A DNA stretch of 64,000 nt from a virus. The DNA lies in the IMG/VR virus record IMGVR_UViG_3300017742_004322, positions 10,939 through 74,938 of that record; one strand, written 5' to 3'. Positions 20,254 to 30,198 of this stretch are shown piece after piece (positions within the stretch are counted from its first letter, which is position 1; each line of letters begins with the position of its first letter). The position numbers were made by a program, and so were the translations under genes. The notes under the pieces are model-generated. The model saw only the letters and a program-made list of their open reading frames with translations. It ran no database searches and was not told where the DNA came from.

Positions 20254-20573
20254 TCTACTATATATTTATCTCCTTTTACACTTGCTGTTTTAACACAGAC
20301 TATTTCACAATCTGTTAAGAATTCAGGAACAGCTATTTCCTCTGGGTGTAGTATGAATATATCACCTTCTTTTAGGTGAGTCCCACTTAGATTCATATTA
20401 CCGCGAACTAGATAGTTAATTTCTGTAGCTATTTTATGATAATGATTATCCCATACTTCTCCTTTAGGGTGGGTTTTATAACTTACTTCAAAATCTTTAG
20501 TTTTATAAGCTGTAGGTTCAAAATCACCTACAAACCAACCACCAACCATATCTTTTAGTTTTAAAATATCCAT
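20250..20573 (-). CDS. Cupin-domain protein
   Basis: GWFVGDF, HYHK..E. Confidence 0.8.
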   Translation of the reverse strand: MDILKLKDMVGGWFVGDFEPTAYKTKDFEVSYKTHPKGEVWDNHYHKIATEINYLVRGNMNLSGTHLKEGDIFILHPEEIAVPEFLTDCEIVCVKTASVKGDKYIVE

Positions 20574-21940
20574 TATTTATAATTTTCTAAAAAATACTTT
20601 AAATCTTCAGGAGTACCTAATCCCCGCATTTTGGGAATATTAAAGGTTATAATTTTTTTGTTGTCTTGAATAGCTTCATTATATACGGGGCAAACGTAAA
20701 ATTCACCATTTACTCTAATATTATTATTAATCATTTGTTCAGCATATTTAACAAAATCAGAACCATGTTTCCAATAATAAAAACCTACTGTTGCTAAATC
20801 AGATATAGGGTTTTTTTCTGCAACTTCTGTTACAAATCCTTGATCATCAGTTTTGGCAAATGACCATTTTGGATGAGTTGATTTAAATGTAACAATTCCC
20901 CCATCAACTTCAGTTTCATTCATTTTATAAAAAAATTCATTTGAATCCCATTCTACAAATTGATCTGAGTTAGCAAAGAATAAGGGTGAATTGTTATCAA
21001 TAAAATTTTTAGCTAATAATGCGGTACACGCTGCTCCCTCAGTTAATTCATCAACTTCTACAACTTTACAATTTGGTGTAACTAAATTAAGTAAAGTATC
21101 TAAATTATATTTTAATCTATGTTCTTTTTGTACTATGTAAATAAAGTTAGCTTTAATATTTAAATTTTCAGCTACTACTTGGATCATTGGTTTTCCTTGA
21201 ACATCAATAAGAGGTTTTGGGAAGGTATACCCTGCTTGCGTAAATCTAGAACCAGCACCCGCCATTGGAATTAATACATTTAGTTTATTATCTCTCCATG
21301 CTGGGGATTTCATAATTTGGCCTTTTTCTATTTCTGTTAATTTATTAAAAATATTATCATAAGTAACATCCTGAGGTTTAGTAACTCTTAATACATGAGA
21401 TTTAGAACGAGATGCTGCTAACAAACCATAAGGTGAATCTTCTACGATTAATGTCTCCTCAGGTAAACAACTCATCATTGATATTGCTTTCCAGTACATT
21501 TCAGGGTGAGGTTTGGAATTTTTTACATCTTCATTAGATATAACTAAATCCATAAACTCCATTATCCCTAATTTAGATAGAACTGTTAATACAGTTTTTC
21601 GTATTGAATTAGAACATACAGCAATTTTATAACCACACTCAACTAGAGAATTCATTACAGATTGTAATGTTTCATCCGGCTGAAGTTCTTTAAGCATTTG
21701 AAGTGTATATTTTTGTTTACTTTCCCAAATTTTAGAATGTAATTCTGTAGGTAAACCCTTACGTTCAGTAAGCATTTCTAATTTTTGGTTAGTCTTTAAC
21801 CCATCATAAACTGATAGATGTTCATTCCAACTAATAGTATAGTCTTTACCTAACGCCTGGTTTAGAGCATCATAATGGATGGTTTTAGCTTCAACTAAAA
21901 CACCATCTAAATCAAATATAACTAATTTTATTTTTTCCAT
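20573..21940 (-). CDS. HAD phosphatase fused to C-terminal NTP-transferase
   Basis: DLDGVL, SN, KPHP, EDS; IPMAGAGSRF...PKPLI, NSD, LGTPED. Confidence 0.9.
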   Translation of the reverse strand: MEKIKLVIFDLDGVLVEAKTIHYDALNQALGKDYTISWNEHLSVYDGLKTNQKLEMLTERKGLPTELHSKIWESKQKYTLQMLKELQPDETLQSVMNSLVECGYKIAVCSNSIRKTVLTVLSKLGIMEFMDLVISNEDVKNSKPHPEMYWKAISMMSCLPEETLIVEDSPYGLLAASRSKSHVLRVTKPQDVTYDNIFNKLTEIEKGQIMKSPAWRDNKLNVLIPMAGAGSRFTQAGYTFPKPLIDVQGKPMIQVVAENLNIKANFIYIVQKEHRLKYNLDTLLNLVTPNCKVVEVDELTEGAACTALLAKNFIDNNSPLFFANSDQFVEWDSNEFFYKMNETEVDGGIVTFKSTHPKWSFAKTDDQGFVTEVAEKNPISDLATVGFYYWKHGSDFVKYAEQMINNNIRVNGEFYVCPVYNEAIQDNKKIITFNIPKMRGLGTPEDLKYFLENYK

Positions 21941-22263
21941 AAACCACGCTCAACTAATTGAGCAATGATACCATAATTTACAATATCTTGGTAAGTATCT
22001 GTTAGAGGTTCGTTATTAATAACTTTATTAGTAATTAATAAATTTTTCCATCTACTAATTTTATCACTTATTCTATACCAAAGTCCTGTAAGAGCAAAAG
22101 CCCTTTCTTCTTTAGTAGAAAGTAAAGTCCCAGCACTGATATTAGCCATACCATAGTCCAGATGTTTTTTACTGAATAACTCCAGCTGCTCTTCCATGAT
22201 ATCCATATAACCATTGTAAATATGAGGATATTCTTTTTTAATAATTTCACTTGATTTCATCAT
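21928..22263 (-). CDS. DUF1599 / nucleotide-modification-associated domain 1 protein
   Basis: KHLDYG, RISDKISR, E...DT..DIVNY. Confidence 0.8.
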   Translation of the reverse strand: MMKSSEIIKKEYPHIYNGYMDIMEEQLELFSKKHLDYGMANISAGTLLSTKEERAFALTGLWYRISDKISRWKNLLITNKVINNEPLTDTYQDIVNYGIIAQLVERGLWKK

Positions 22264-22937
22264 TATCTATTATCTATATAAATTATTACTTCGTTATAAT
22301 ATTCAATAAAATGTTCATTCCATAAATCCCATTTAATGTCTACACCATTAACCGAATTAACCTCATGATTAGGAAATAATCTTAAATATGTATCTCTAAA
22401 AATCCTAAATTTTGATTTTAATTCTGGTGTTGATAGATGCCATTCACCTACTATTTTTTTTATATTTTCTTTTACCCAAAAAATATTTTCAGGTTTAAAA
22501 ATTTCATATTCTCCTCCTTCACAATCAGTTTTTACAAAATCAATTTTATTTAAATGATTAGATTTTAAAAAAGTATCCCAAGTAATATTATTTTTATTAT
22601 CAATACTAGACATAAATTTTTCAATAATAAAACAATTTGGAATTTGAGATGTATTCTCTTTTAAGAGAGGAAGAGATTTTTGAGAATCTGCACCGGGTTC
22701 AAAACAGTATATAGCTTGGGGTTTATTATTTCTAATACTCCAAGTAAAATCACCAATACCAGCACCTAAATCAATAACAATATCTCCTTCTTCAACCTCA
22801 AATATTTTTTCATATAATTTATTTACCCAAACTTCTTGGTATACCTGACGTCTAGCGTTAATATTTTCTATAGAGCCCCAATTAAAGCCTTCTTCTTTAA
22901 CTATTTCCCATCCATTGGGGGTATTTAAATAATTCAT
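22263..22937 (-). CDS. FkbM-family methyltransferase
   Basis: IDLGAGIG, FEP, KTDCEGGE, EWH. Confidence 0.85.
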   Translation of the reverse strand: MNYLNTPNGWEIVKEEGFNWGSIENINARRQVYQEVWVNKLYEKIFEVEEGDIVIDLGAGIGDFTWSIRNNKPQAIYCFEPGADSQKSLPLLKENTSQIPNCFIIEKFMSSIDNKNNITWDTFLKSNHLNKIDFVKTDCEGGEYEIFKPENIFWVKENIKKIVGEWHLSTPELKSKFRIFRDTYLRLFPNHEVNSVNGVDIKWDLWNEHFIEYYNEVIIYIDNR

Positions 22938-22946
22938 ATAACTTGT

Positions 22947-23378
22947 TTATAATAATGCTTTTTTTATTAATTTTTCAGTTTCATCCTCTTCTACTCCCAT
23001 TTTCCATAAAATACTTCTAACACTAATGCCTAAAATATCAATATAATAATCAGCTTCACCTAAGGAGCATTCATAATAATCAGCAACATATTCAGCTAGT
23101 TCTTGGTAATTTTTTTTATTTTGGTTTTTTACATATTTGAGGTAAACTTTCTTCTTTGGTAACATTTCGCGATAGATGGAATAAATTTGTTTTTTGTTTT
23201 GTGGATTAATCTTTTGAACATAATTTACTATATCAATGTAGCCTATGTTCATAGATACATATCTATGTATCATGTAAGAATTCCATTTATCCCACGATTC
23301 TTGCGAAATTTCTTCAGGAGCTGTTTTATAGAGAGTTATCTCATTCAACCACTCGAAGAGGGTTGTCACCTGTTTCAT
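22947..23378 (-). CDS. Clamp-loader accessory subunit (T4 gp62-like)
   Basis: LFEWLNEI, YMIHRYVS, KKVYLKY; synteny with clamp loader. Confidence 0.65.
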   Translation of the reverse strand: MKQVTTLFEWLNEITLYKTAPEEISQESWDKWNSYMIHRYVSMNIGYIDIVNYVQKINPQNKKQIYSIYREMLPKKKVYLKYVKNQNKKNYQELAEYVADYYECSLGEADYYIDILGISVRSILWKMGVEEDETEKLIKKALL

Positions 23379-23589
23379 CTCTTAATTCTTTTGGTAGGGT
23401 TTCTTGAAAAATTTCACCATCAGCTGGGTTATAAAAGACTGGGATAGGCATAAAAGCGTCTTCAGGAGTACCTGCTACGAATTTAGAGATTTTCCTAATA
23501 ACGAACCCTTGAGCCCATACTTTTCCATTTTTGTGTTCTACTGACTCTGTATTTTTAAGGTCAATATTTGGCATTTGTTGTTGATCCAT
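23341..23589 (-). CDS. Conserved phage hypothetical protein
   Basis: ORF track; RKISKF...PIPVF. Confidence 0.6.
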   Translation of the reverse strand: MDQQQMPNIDLKNTESVEHKNGKVWAQGFVIRKISKFVAGTPEDAFMPIPVFYNPADGEIFQETLPKELRDETGDNPLRVVE

Positions 23590-23591
23590 GA

Positions 23592-23777
23592 CTATTTGTT
23601 TTGTTTATAATCTAAATAAAATCCAATCGCTACTAAAATATTCATCCCTACACTAGCGATTATCTCGTGTAAGTCTTGATATATATTTAAACTTAAATGA
23701 ACGTGTCCTATCATCCAAAAAGGTATAGCCATATTTTGACTAATCCAAATTATAAGAAATTTTAGGAATTTTTTCAT
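23592..23777 (-). CDS. Small membrane protein
   Basis: Two hydrophobic segments. Confidence 0.6.
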   Translation of the reverse strand: MKKFLKFLIIWISQNMAIPFWMIGHVHLSLNIYQDLHEIIASVGMNILVAIGFYLDYKQNK

Positions 23778-24694
23778 TTTAATTCAACTAATTTTTGTAT
23801 GAGTGCCATACAGTTGATTTCTTTATCAATACGGAAGTTGGATTGGTAACTATATTCGTTGATATAAATTGCAACCATTCCTTCACGACCACTTGCATAT
23901 ACATTAGCGTTATCATAAAGATAACGATAAAGCTCTTCAAAATCACTAACGTTTGCGTTAGCAATGATTTGACGAATTTCACGCCATTTTGGTTTTGCAT
24001 TACTTAATTCTTTAAGTATTGATGTCATGTAATTAGATGACACTAATACTGATTTATCTATAACTAATTTTTGGTTTTGGGTCGATAACTGTATTGTGTT
24101 AAGACATTTACGTAGATCTGGGTAGTATTGGTTTACAATGGTTTTTAGATCTTCCATTTCATACGCTGTATCTTCAGTTGTCATTACACTAGCGAGGTGT
24201 ACTGCTACCTCTTTTTTACTAGGAGGGATAACTTTAAGTACTTGACAACGTGATTGAAGTGGATCAATAATACGCTCAACATAATTACACGTCATAATAA
24301 AACGTGTAGTACGTGAAAATGTCTCAATTACATTTCGAAGTGAAGCTTGTGCCTGTATCGTAAGAAAATCTGCCTCATCCAAAATAACCACTTTGAGTGG
24401 TTTAAATGAAGCTGTTGAAGCAAACCCGGAAACCTTGTCTCTAATAGTTTCGATACCCCTTTCATCACTTGCGTTGATATAAAGGTAATCACAATCAAGG
24501 TTATTAACAATAAGCTTAGCCAGAGTCGTTTTACCTGTACCAGCGGGACCGTAGAAAATAAGGTTTTGGATATCATTTTGACCGAGATATTGTTTAATGG
24601 TCTTTTTGATGTGTTCATTTCCAACATAACTATCTAAATCTTTAGAACGATACTTTTCAACTAATAAAGTGTGATCTTTAGTCGCGGTCACCAT
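23774..24694 (-). CDS. Clamp loader AAA+ subunit (RFC-S / T4 gp44-like)
   Basis: VEKYR, GPAGTGKT, NASDERG, DEAD, SRC. Confidence 0.95.
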   Translation of the reverse strand: MVTATKDHTLLVEKYRSKDLDSYVGNEHIKKTIKQYLGQNDIQNLIFYGPAGTGKTTLAKLIVNNLDCDYLYINASDERGIETIRDKVSGFASTASFKPLKVVILDEADFLTIQAQASLRNVIETFSRTTRFIMTCNYVERIIDPLQSRCQVLKVIPPSKKEVAVHLASVMTTEDTAYEMEDLKTIVNQYYPDLRKCLNTIQLSTQNQKLVIDKSVLVSSNYMTSILKELSNAKPKWREIRQIIANANVSDFEELYRYLYDNANVYASGREGMVAIYINEYSYQSNFRIDKEINCMALIQKLVELK

Positions 24695-24934
24695 ATAGGT
24701 TATATTTTTTAACTGGAGGTGGTTTAATTTCTACCTCTTTATTACGTATAACATACAACTTACTTTCTAGAGGAGCAAGTCTAAACTCAGCTTTTTCACC
24801 AGTTTTAGCAAACCAAGCTTCTAAAGCATCTGTAATTGTTTTATGGACTGTTGAATCATCAACTAGAGACCACCTGTCACCAGGTGGAACTCTAATTGCG
24901 ATTAGCTCATTATGTTCTTTGATTTCTTTTTTCA

Positions 24935-24935
<1 letters not shown>
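24678..24935 (-). CDS. Hypothetical protein
   Basis: ORF track. Confidence 0.55.
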
Positions 24936-26843
<1,908 letters not shown>

Positions 26844-26847
<4 letters not shown>

Positions 26848-27125
26848 AATTTAATAATATTTTTAAGTTCGTGTGATTTTGCCTCAAAACGTTCTATAAA
26901 TTCTCTTAATGAATCATAACTTTTGGATTTAACACTATCACGAGCAATTGCTTCAAGACATGCTCCTAATCTACCATAATGGCCAATAGTGTTTTGATAT
27001 TCCTTACCTGACTCAGAAAATGAGGATTTTTGAGCAATGTAACAATGATCATCTAATTGAATATAATAAGGAGCTAATGCTGGATCCTTAATAAAACGTA
27101 AATTTGATTTGCTGGGTTTAGCCAT
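26844..27125 (-). CDS. Hypothetical protein
   Basis: ORF track. Confidence 0.6.
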
Positions 27126-27150
27126 AACTATTTTTTTATTTATTTAATGT

Positions 27151-27181
27151 AAATATACGAATAAAATTGCGCTAGGACACG
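27151..27181 (-). promoter_or_regulatory. Promoter for groES/groEL/clamp-loader operon (degenerate -33)
   Basis: CGTGT-N15-TTCG-TATATTT; overlaps the 3' arm of the Hsp20-flanking inverted repeat. Confidence 0.65.
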
Positions 27182-27690
27182 CTTATTTTATATAACTTTT
27201 ATTTGATTTTTATTGCTTTTGGTTTTGATTCTTCTGAAATTGGGATTAAAAGGTTTAATAACCCATTCTCCATTTCCGCACTTATTTTAGTTAAGTTGTA
27301 TTTTGGAGAGATTTTATATCCTAAATCAAATGATTTTTTTGATAAACCATGATAAATATAACCTGAAAGATCTATATCTTCTTTTGGTTTTTCATAACTA
27401 ATTTTAAGTAAATCTCCTTCAACACTAATATCAAGATCTTCTTTAGTAAGTCCTGTACAAGCGACTTCAAAGTGTAAACCTTCGTCGTTGTAATAAATGT
27501 TTAAAGGATGTGGTTGTTTTGAATTTAACGCCGGAGCGAATTGATCTTCAGAATTGAAGAAATTCCTAAATAGGATGTCGAACGGTGAACGTTCTAAGTG
27601 TTCTAATGTACTCATATCATTTATTTTGTGAGTGCCTAAGCTACTCGATTAATTAAAAATATAACAGCGCGCCCTAGCTACAATGTTATT
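27160..27690 (-). repeat. Imperfect inverted repeat flanking Hsp20 (arms 27160-27183 and 27666-27690)
   Basis: mRNA arms AAUAACAUUGUAGCUAGGGCGCGCU and AGCGUGUCCUAGCGCAAUUUUAUU pair over 23 bp including 3 G-U. Confidence 0.8.
27199..27615 (-). CDS. Small heat-shock protein Hsp20 (IbpA-like)
   Basis: PLNI, EVACTG...EDLDI, YIYHGLS, AEMENGLL, KAIKIK. Confidence 0.92.
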   Translation of the reverse strand: MSTLEHLERSPFDILFRNFFNSEDQFAPALNSKQPHPLNIYYNDEGLHFEVACTGLTKEDLDISVEGDLLKISYEKPKEDIDLSGYIYHGLSKKSFDLGYKISPKYNLTKISAEMENGLLNLLIPISEESKPKAIKIK

Positions 27691-27704
27691 TTAGTATACA
27701 TATA

Positions 27705-28445
27705 TTAAATATCTGCCTTCCGCACAACATAATAATAACTGCTCCAATTTTCACCTTCAAATTCAAATTTTACATACCCTTTAGTATTAACTTTCATAGT
27801 TGCTTTGGTAGCATCTTTATTATTATTAAGGATAGTTTTAAACATTGATGAATTGAAGGGTAATTCAGTTCCATAAGGAACATCTTTTAATGTTGTATTA
27901 GGTACTTGATAATCGATTTTATTTGTGTGATTAGAGACATCACCAAATGATAAAACTAACACATCTTGTAAATCTAAATCTTTATCAATATTAATTATTA
28001 CATTATCGCTTTCAAGTGCGTTATGGGCTTTAATAATAGCATTAATACTTTCTGAGTCTAATTCACTAATAATTTCATATTCACCTGATTCTGTAATTTC
28101 ACCTACACTTGAGATAAGTAATAAATCTGTTAGTGAAAAATTCAGAGTATAATTCATATCTGAGATGATGAGTTTAGTAAACACTTTTTGTGTTTTTTCT
28201 AACTCTAAAAATAATTCACCACTAGTAACCCCTAATAATTTATTTAATTTTGAGGTATCATATACCGCCATTTCGCCATTTTCTAACGGGAAATTTGCGT
28301 GATTAACGCGTCCAATCATATCCTTATTAGGTGATTGGAAATCAATATTTAATGCGTTATTTTCAATAGTCCATTTAACAGATTCTACTAATCCATTTAA
28401 ATGATATTTTCCAATAACTGATTGTAAGTCGTGTTTATTTATCAT
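27705..28445 (-). CDS. Sliding clamp (T4 gp45/PCNA-like)
   Basis: 246 aa, AVYDTSKL motif, C-terminal YYVV; between polymerase and clamp loader. Confidence 0.7.
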   Translation of the reverse strand: MINKHDLQSVIGKYHLNGLVESVKWTIENNALNIDFQSPNKDMIGRVNHANFPLENGEMAVYDTSKLNKLLGVTSGELFLELEKTQKVFTKLIISDMNYTLNFSLTDLLLISSVGEITESGEYEIISELDSESINAIIKAHNALESDNVIINIDKDLDLQDVLVLSFGDVSNHTNKIDYQVPNTTLKDVPYGTELPFNSSMFKTILNNNKDATKATMKVNTKGYVKFEFEGENWSSYYYVVRKADI

Positions 28446-28446
28446 A

Positions 28447-29373
28447 TTAAAAACTAAAAATTAGATTTCGGTAGGGGTTCATATTTAATTCCCATTCTAA
28501 ATCGTTATAAAACCCTTGTAATTTACTTTCTAAAATAGACTCAAATGCTCTATTTTTATCAGCATATTTATCCAGTAATGTAATAATTTTTTCTGGGAGA
28601 TCAAAATCTAAAAATGCAAGTGCATCAATTTTGTATGGATTTTCTTTAAAATAAATCCATTTAACTTTATCACCTTGAGTAATTTTAGAATGTTGTTTAT
28701 CTAACTTCCAAAATGTAAGTAAATCATTATATTTAATTGCTGCTTTTACAGGAGCAGGAGCACCTTGGTTGATTGAAGAAAACATTTCTCCGGGACGAGG
28801 AGATGATGCTAAATATTTATCTAATGTTTTTACACGAGTAGGGTTACCTAATATAGTAATATTAGTATCTATAAGGATTTTAGTCCTAAAGTTTTTTAGT
28901 AGGGTATCTATTTCGTTTTGGGGAGCTCCTTTAATAACTCTTTGCAACACATCTTTAAAAAAGTCTCCAAATATTTTAGGATAATTGGATTTCATAAATT
29001 CTAATCCTTTAATATCTAAATCATCTGTTGGTACACCTTCTTTTTTAGTAATCCATTGAGCATACCTACGGGTAGCTCTAAAATACCCAGCACGAATCAT
29101 ACACTCTGTTTTCATCTCAAGTCTATGTTTAGGGACATTAAATGCTTCTAATGCTAACGTATCGTAAGACTTAGTAATTAAATCCTGATATTTAAGAGCA
29201 ATATCCTCTAACTTTTCATCTCTTTCTTCCTCTGACATATTATCAAAGTTGGGATAGAGTTTTCTAAGCATAGGTTCTGCATTGTAATAATTAGAATCTG
29301 TATCTACATAAACGCAGTAATTTTCATCTTCTTTATCACAGATAAACCAAGGTGTACTTTCTAATTGCTTCAT
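28447..29373 (-). CDS. polB: Family B DNA polymerase, C-terminal subunit (motif C, thumb)
   Basis: YVDTDS motif C, RRYA, IKGLE. Confidence 0.9.
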   Translation of the reverse strand: MKQLESTPWFICDKEDENYCVYVDTDSNYYNAEPMLRKLYPNFDNMSEEERDEKLEDIALKYQDLITKSYDTLALEAFNVPKHRLEMKTECMIRAGYFRATRRYAQWITKKEGVPTDDLDIKGLEFMKSNYPKIFGDFFKDVLQRVIKGAPQNEIDTLLKNFRTKILIDTNITILGNPTRVKTLDKYLASSPRPGEMFSSINQGAPAPVKAAIKYNDLLTFWKLDKQHSKITQGDKVKWIYFKENPYKIDALAFLDFDLPEKIITLLDKYADKNRAFESILESKLQGFYNDLEWELNMNPYRNLIFSF

Positions 29374-29741
29374 ACTTTAATCCACTTTTGTTCACTATTT
29401 AATTTAAATGAACCAATATGTTCTTTATTCCATTCATTTGGTGCTATTAAAGATAAGAAAGGATTTCCATCCTTCCCAAGGTAAAGGTGATAAGTTTCAC
29501 CTATTATAGGTTCATAACTAAATTTAGATTGATATACAAGTTCATTCCATTGATATTCTTTTAAAAGTTGTTTGAATTCTTCTTTTAATTCATCAAACTT
29601 AGTTTTAAATTGTTTGTTTACTTTATCAACTCCTCTAAGTTTCCAATCATCTATATTTTCAGGACGAATTACAGGAGCAGCAACACTATCCCCATAAGGA
29701 AGTAATGCTTTATTTTCTGCAAAATTGTCCGGTTTTTTCAT
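29370..29741 (-). CDS. DUF2452-like protein (Bacteroidota family)
   Basis: LLPYG...AP, FSYEPIIGETYHLY, FLSLIAPNEW. Confidence 0.7.
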   Translation of the reverse strand: MKKPDNFAENKALLPYGDSVAAPVIRPENIDDWKLRGVDKVNKQFKTKFDELKEEFKQLLKEYQWNELVYQSKFSYEPIIGETYHLYLGKDGNPFLSLIAPNEWNKEHIGSFKLNSEQKWIKV

Positions 29742-29953
29742 TCGCTTACTTGTATTTCACCTAAATTATGGGATGGTATAAAATAATTATATTCATATTT
29801 ATTGAGCCATTCAAATACTATACCTTTCATTTTAGTAGAATTTCCAGTAATAATAGTATATTGTTTATGTCCTGGTTGTTCCCAGAAAAAATAACTAGTT
29901 AATTTTTCTTCTACCTCAGCATGTTTGACCCCATGTAAATCTAAAGTGCTCAT
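29738..29953 (-). CDS. Stand-alone Smr-domain protein
   Basis: LDLHG, IITG, NLG. Confidence 0.8.
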   Translation of the reverse strand: MSTLDLHGVKHAEVEEKLTSYFFWEQPGHKQYTIITGNSTKMKGIVFEWLNKYEYNYFIPSHNLGEIQVSE

Positions 29954-30198
29954 TCTTCATCATTAGTAGATAAGGTGGTTTCAATTTCTCCTTTATTATT
30001 ATAAATTAAGTCTGGAGTGGTGATATGAAAATTTTGTTTTTTTAAAGTAAATCTTCCACCTTGTTTTAGCATTTTTCTAAAAAACATTTCTTGGTTTTCA
30101 TTCCAATTTTCACTTAATGCTATAATTTCTTCTTTAGATAGTAGTTCACCTTCACATTTAATTACTACTCCCCTTCTTAGTGTTTGTTTTTTTATCAT
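29950..30198 (-). CDS. Hypothetical protein
   Basis: ORF track; ATGA overlaps both sides. Confidence 0.6.
   Translation of the reverse strand: MIKKQTLRRGVVIKCEGELLSKEEIIALSENWNENQEMFFRKMLKQGGRFTLKKQNFHITTPDLIYNNKGEIETTLSTNDEE

Noticed and set aside
27630-27646. CIRCE operator upstream of hsp20
   Set aside because: Only a half-site-like TTAGGCACTC; lacks the TTAGCACTC-N9-GAGTGCTAA arrangement; better explained as an RNA hairpin
29374-30194. Group I intron or split intein interrupting polB
   Set aside because: The interval is fully occupied by ATGA-coupled ORFs; no intein N-terminal C/S block or C-terminal HN motif
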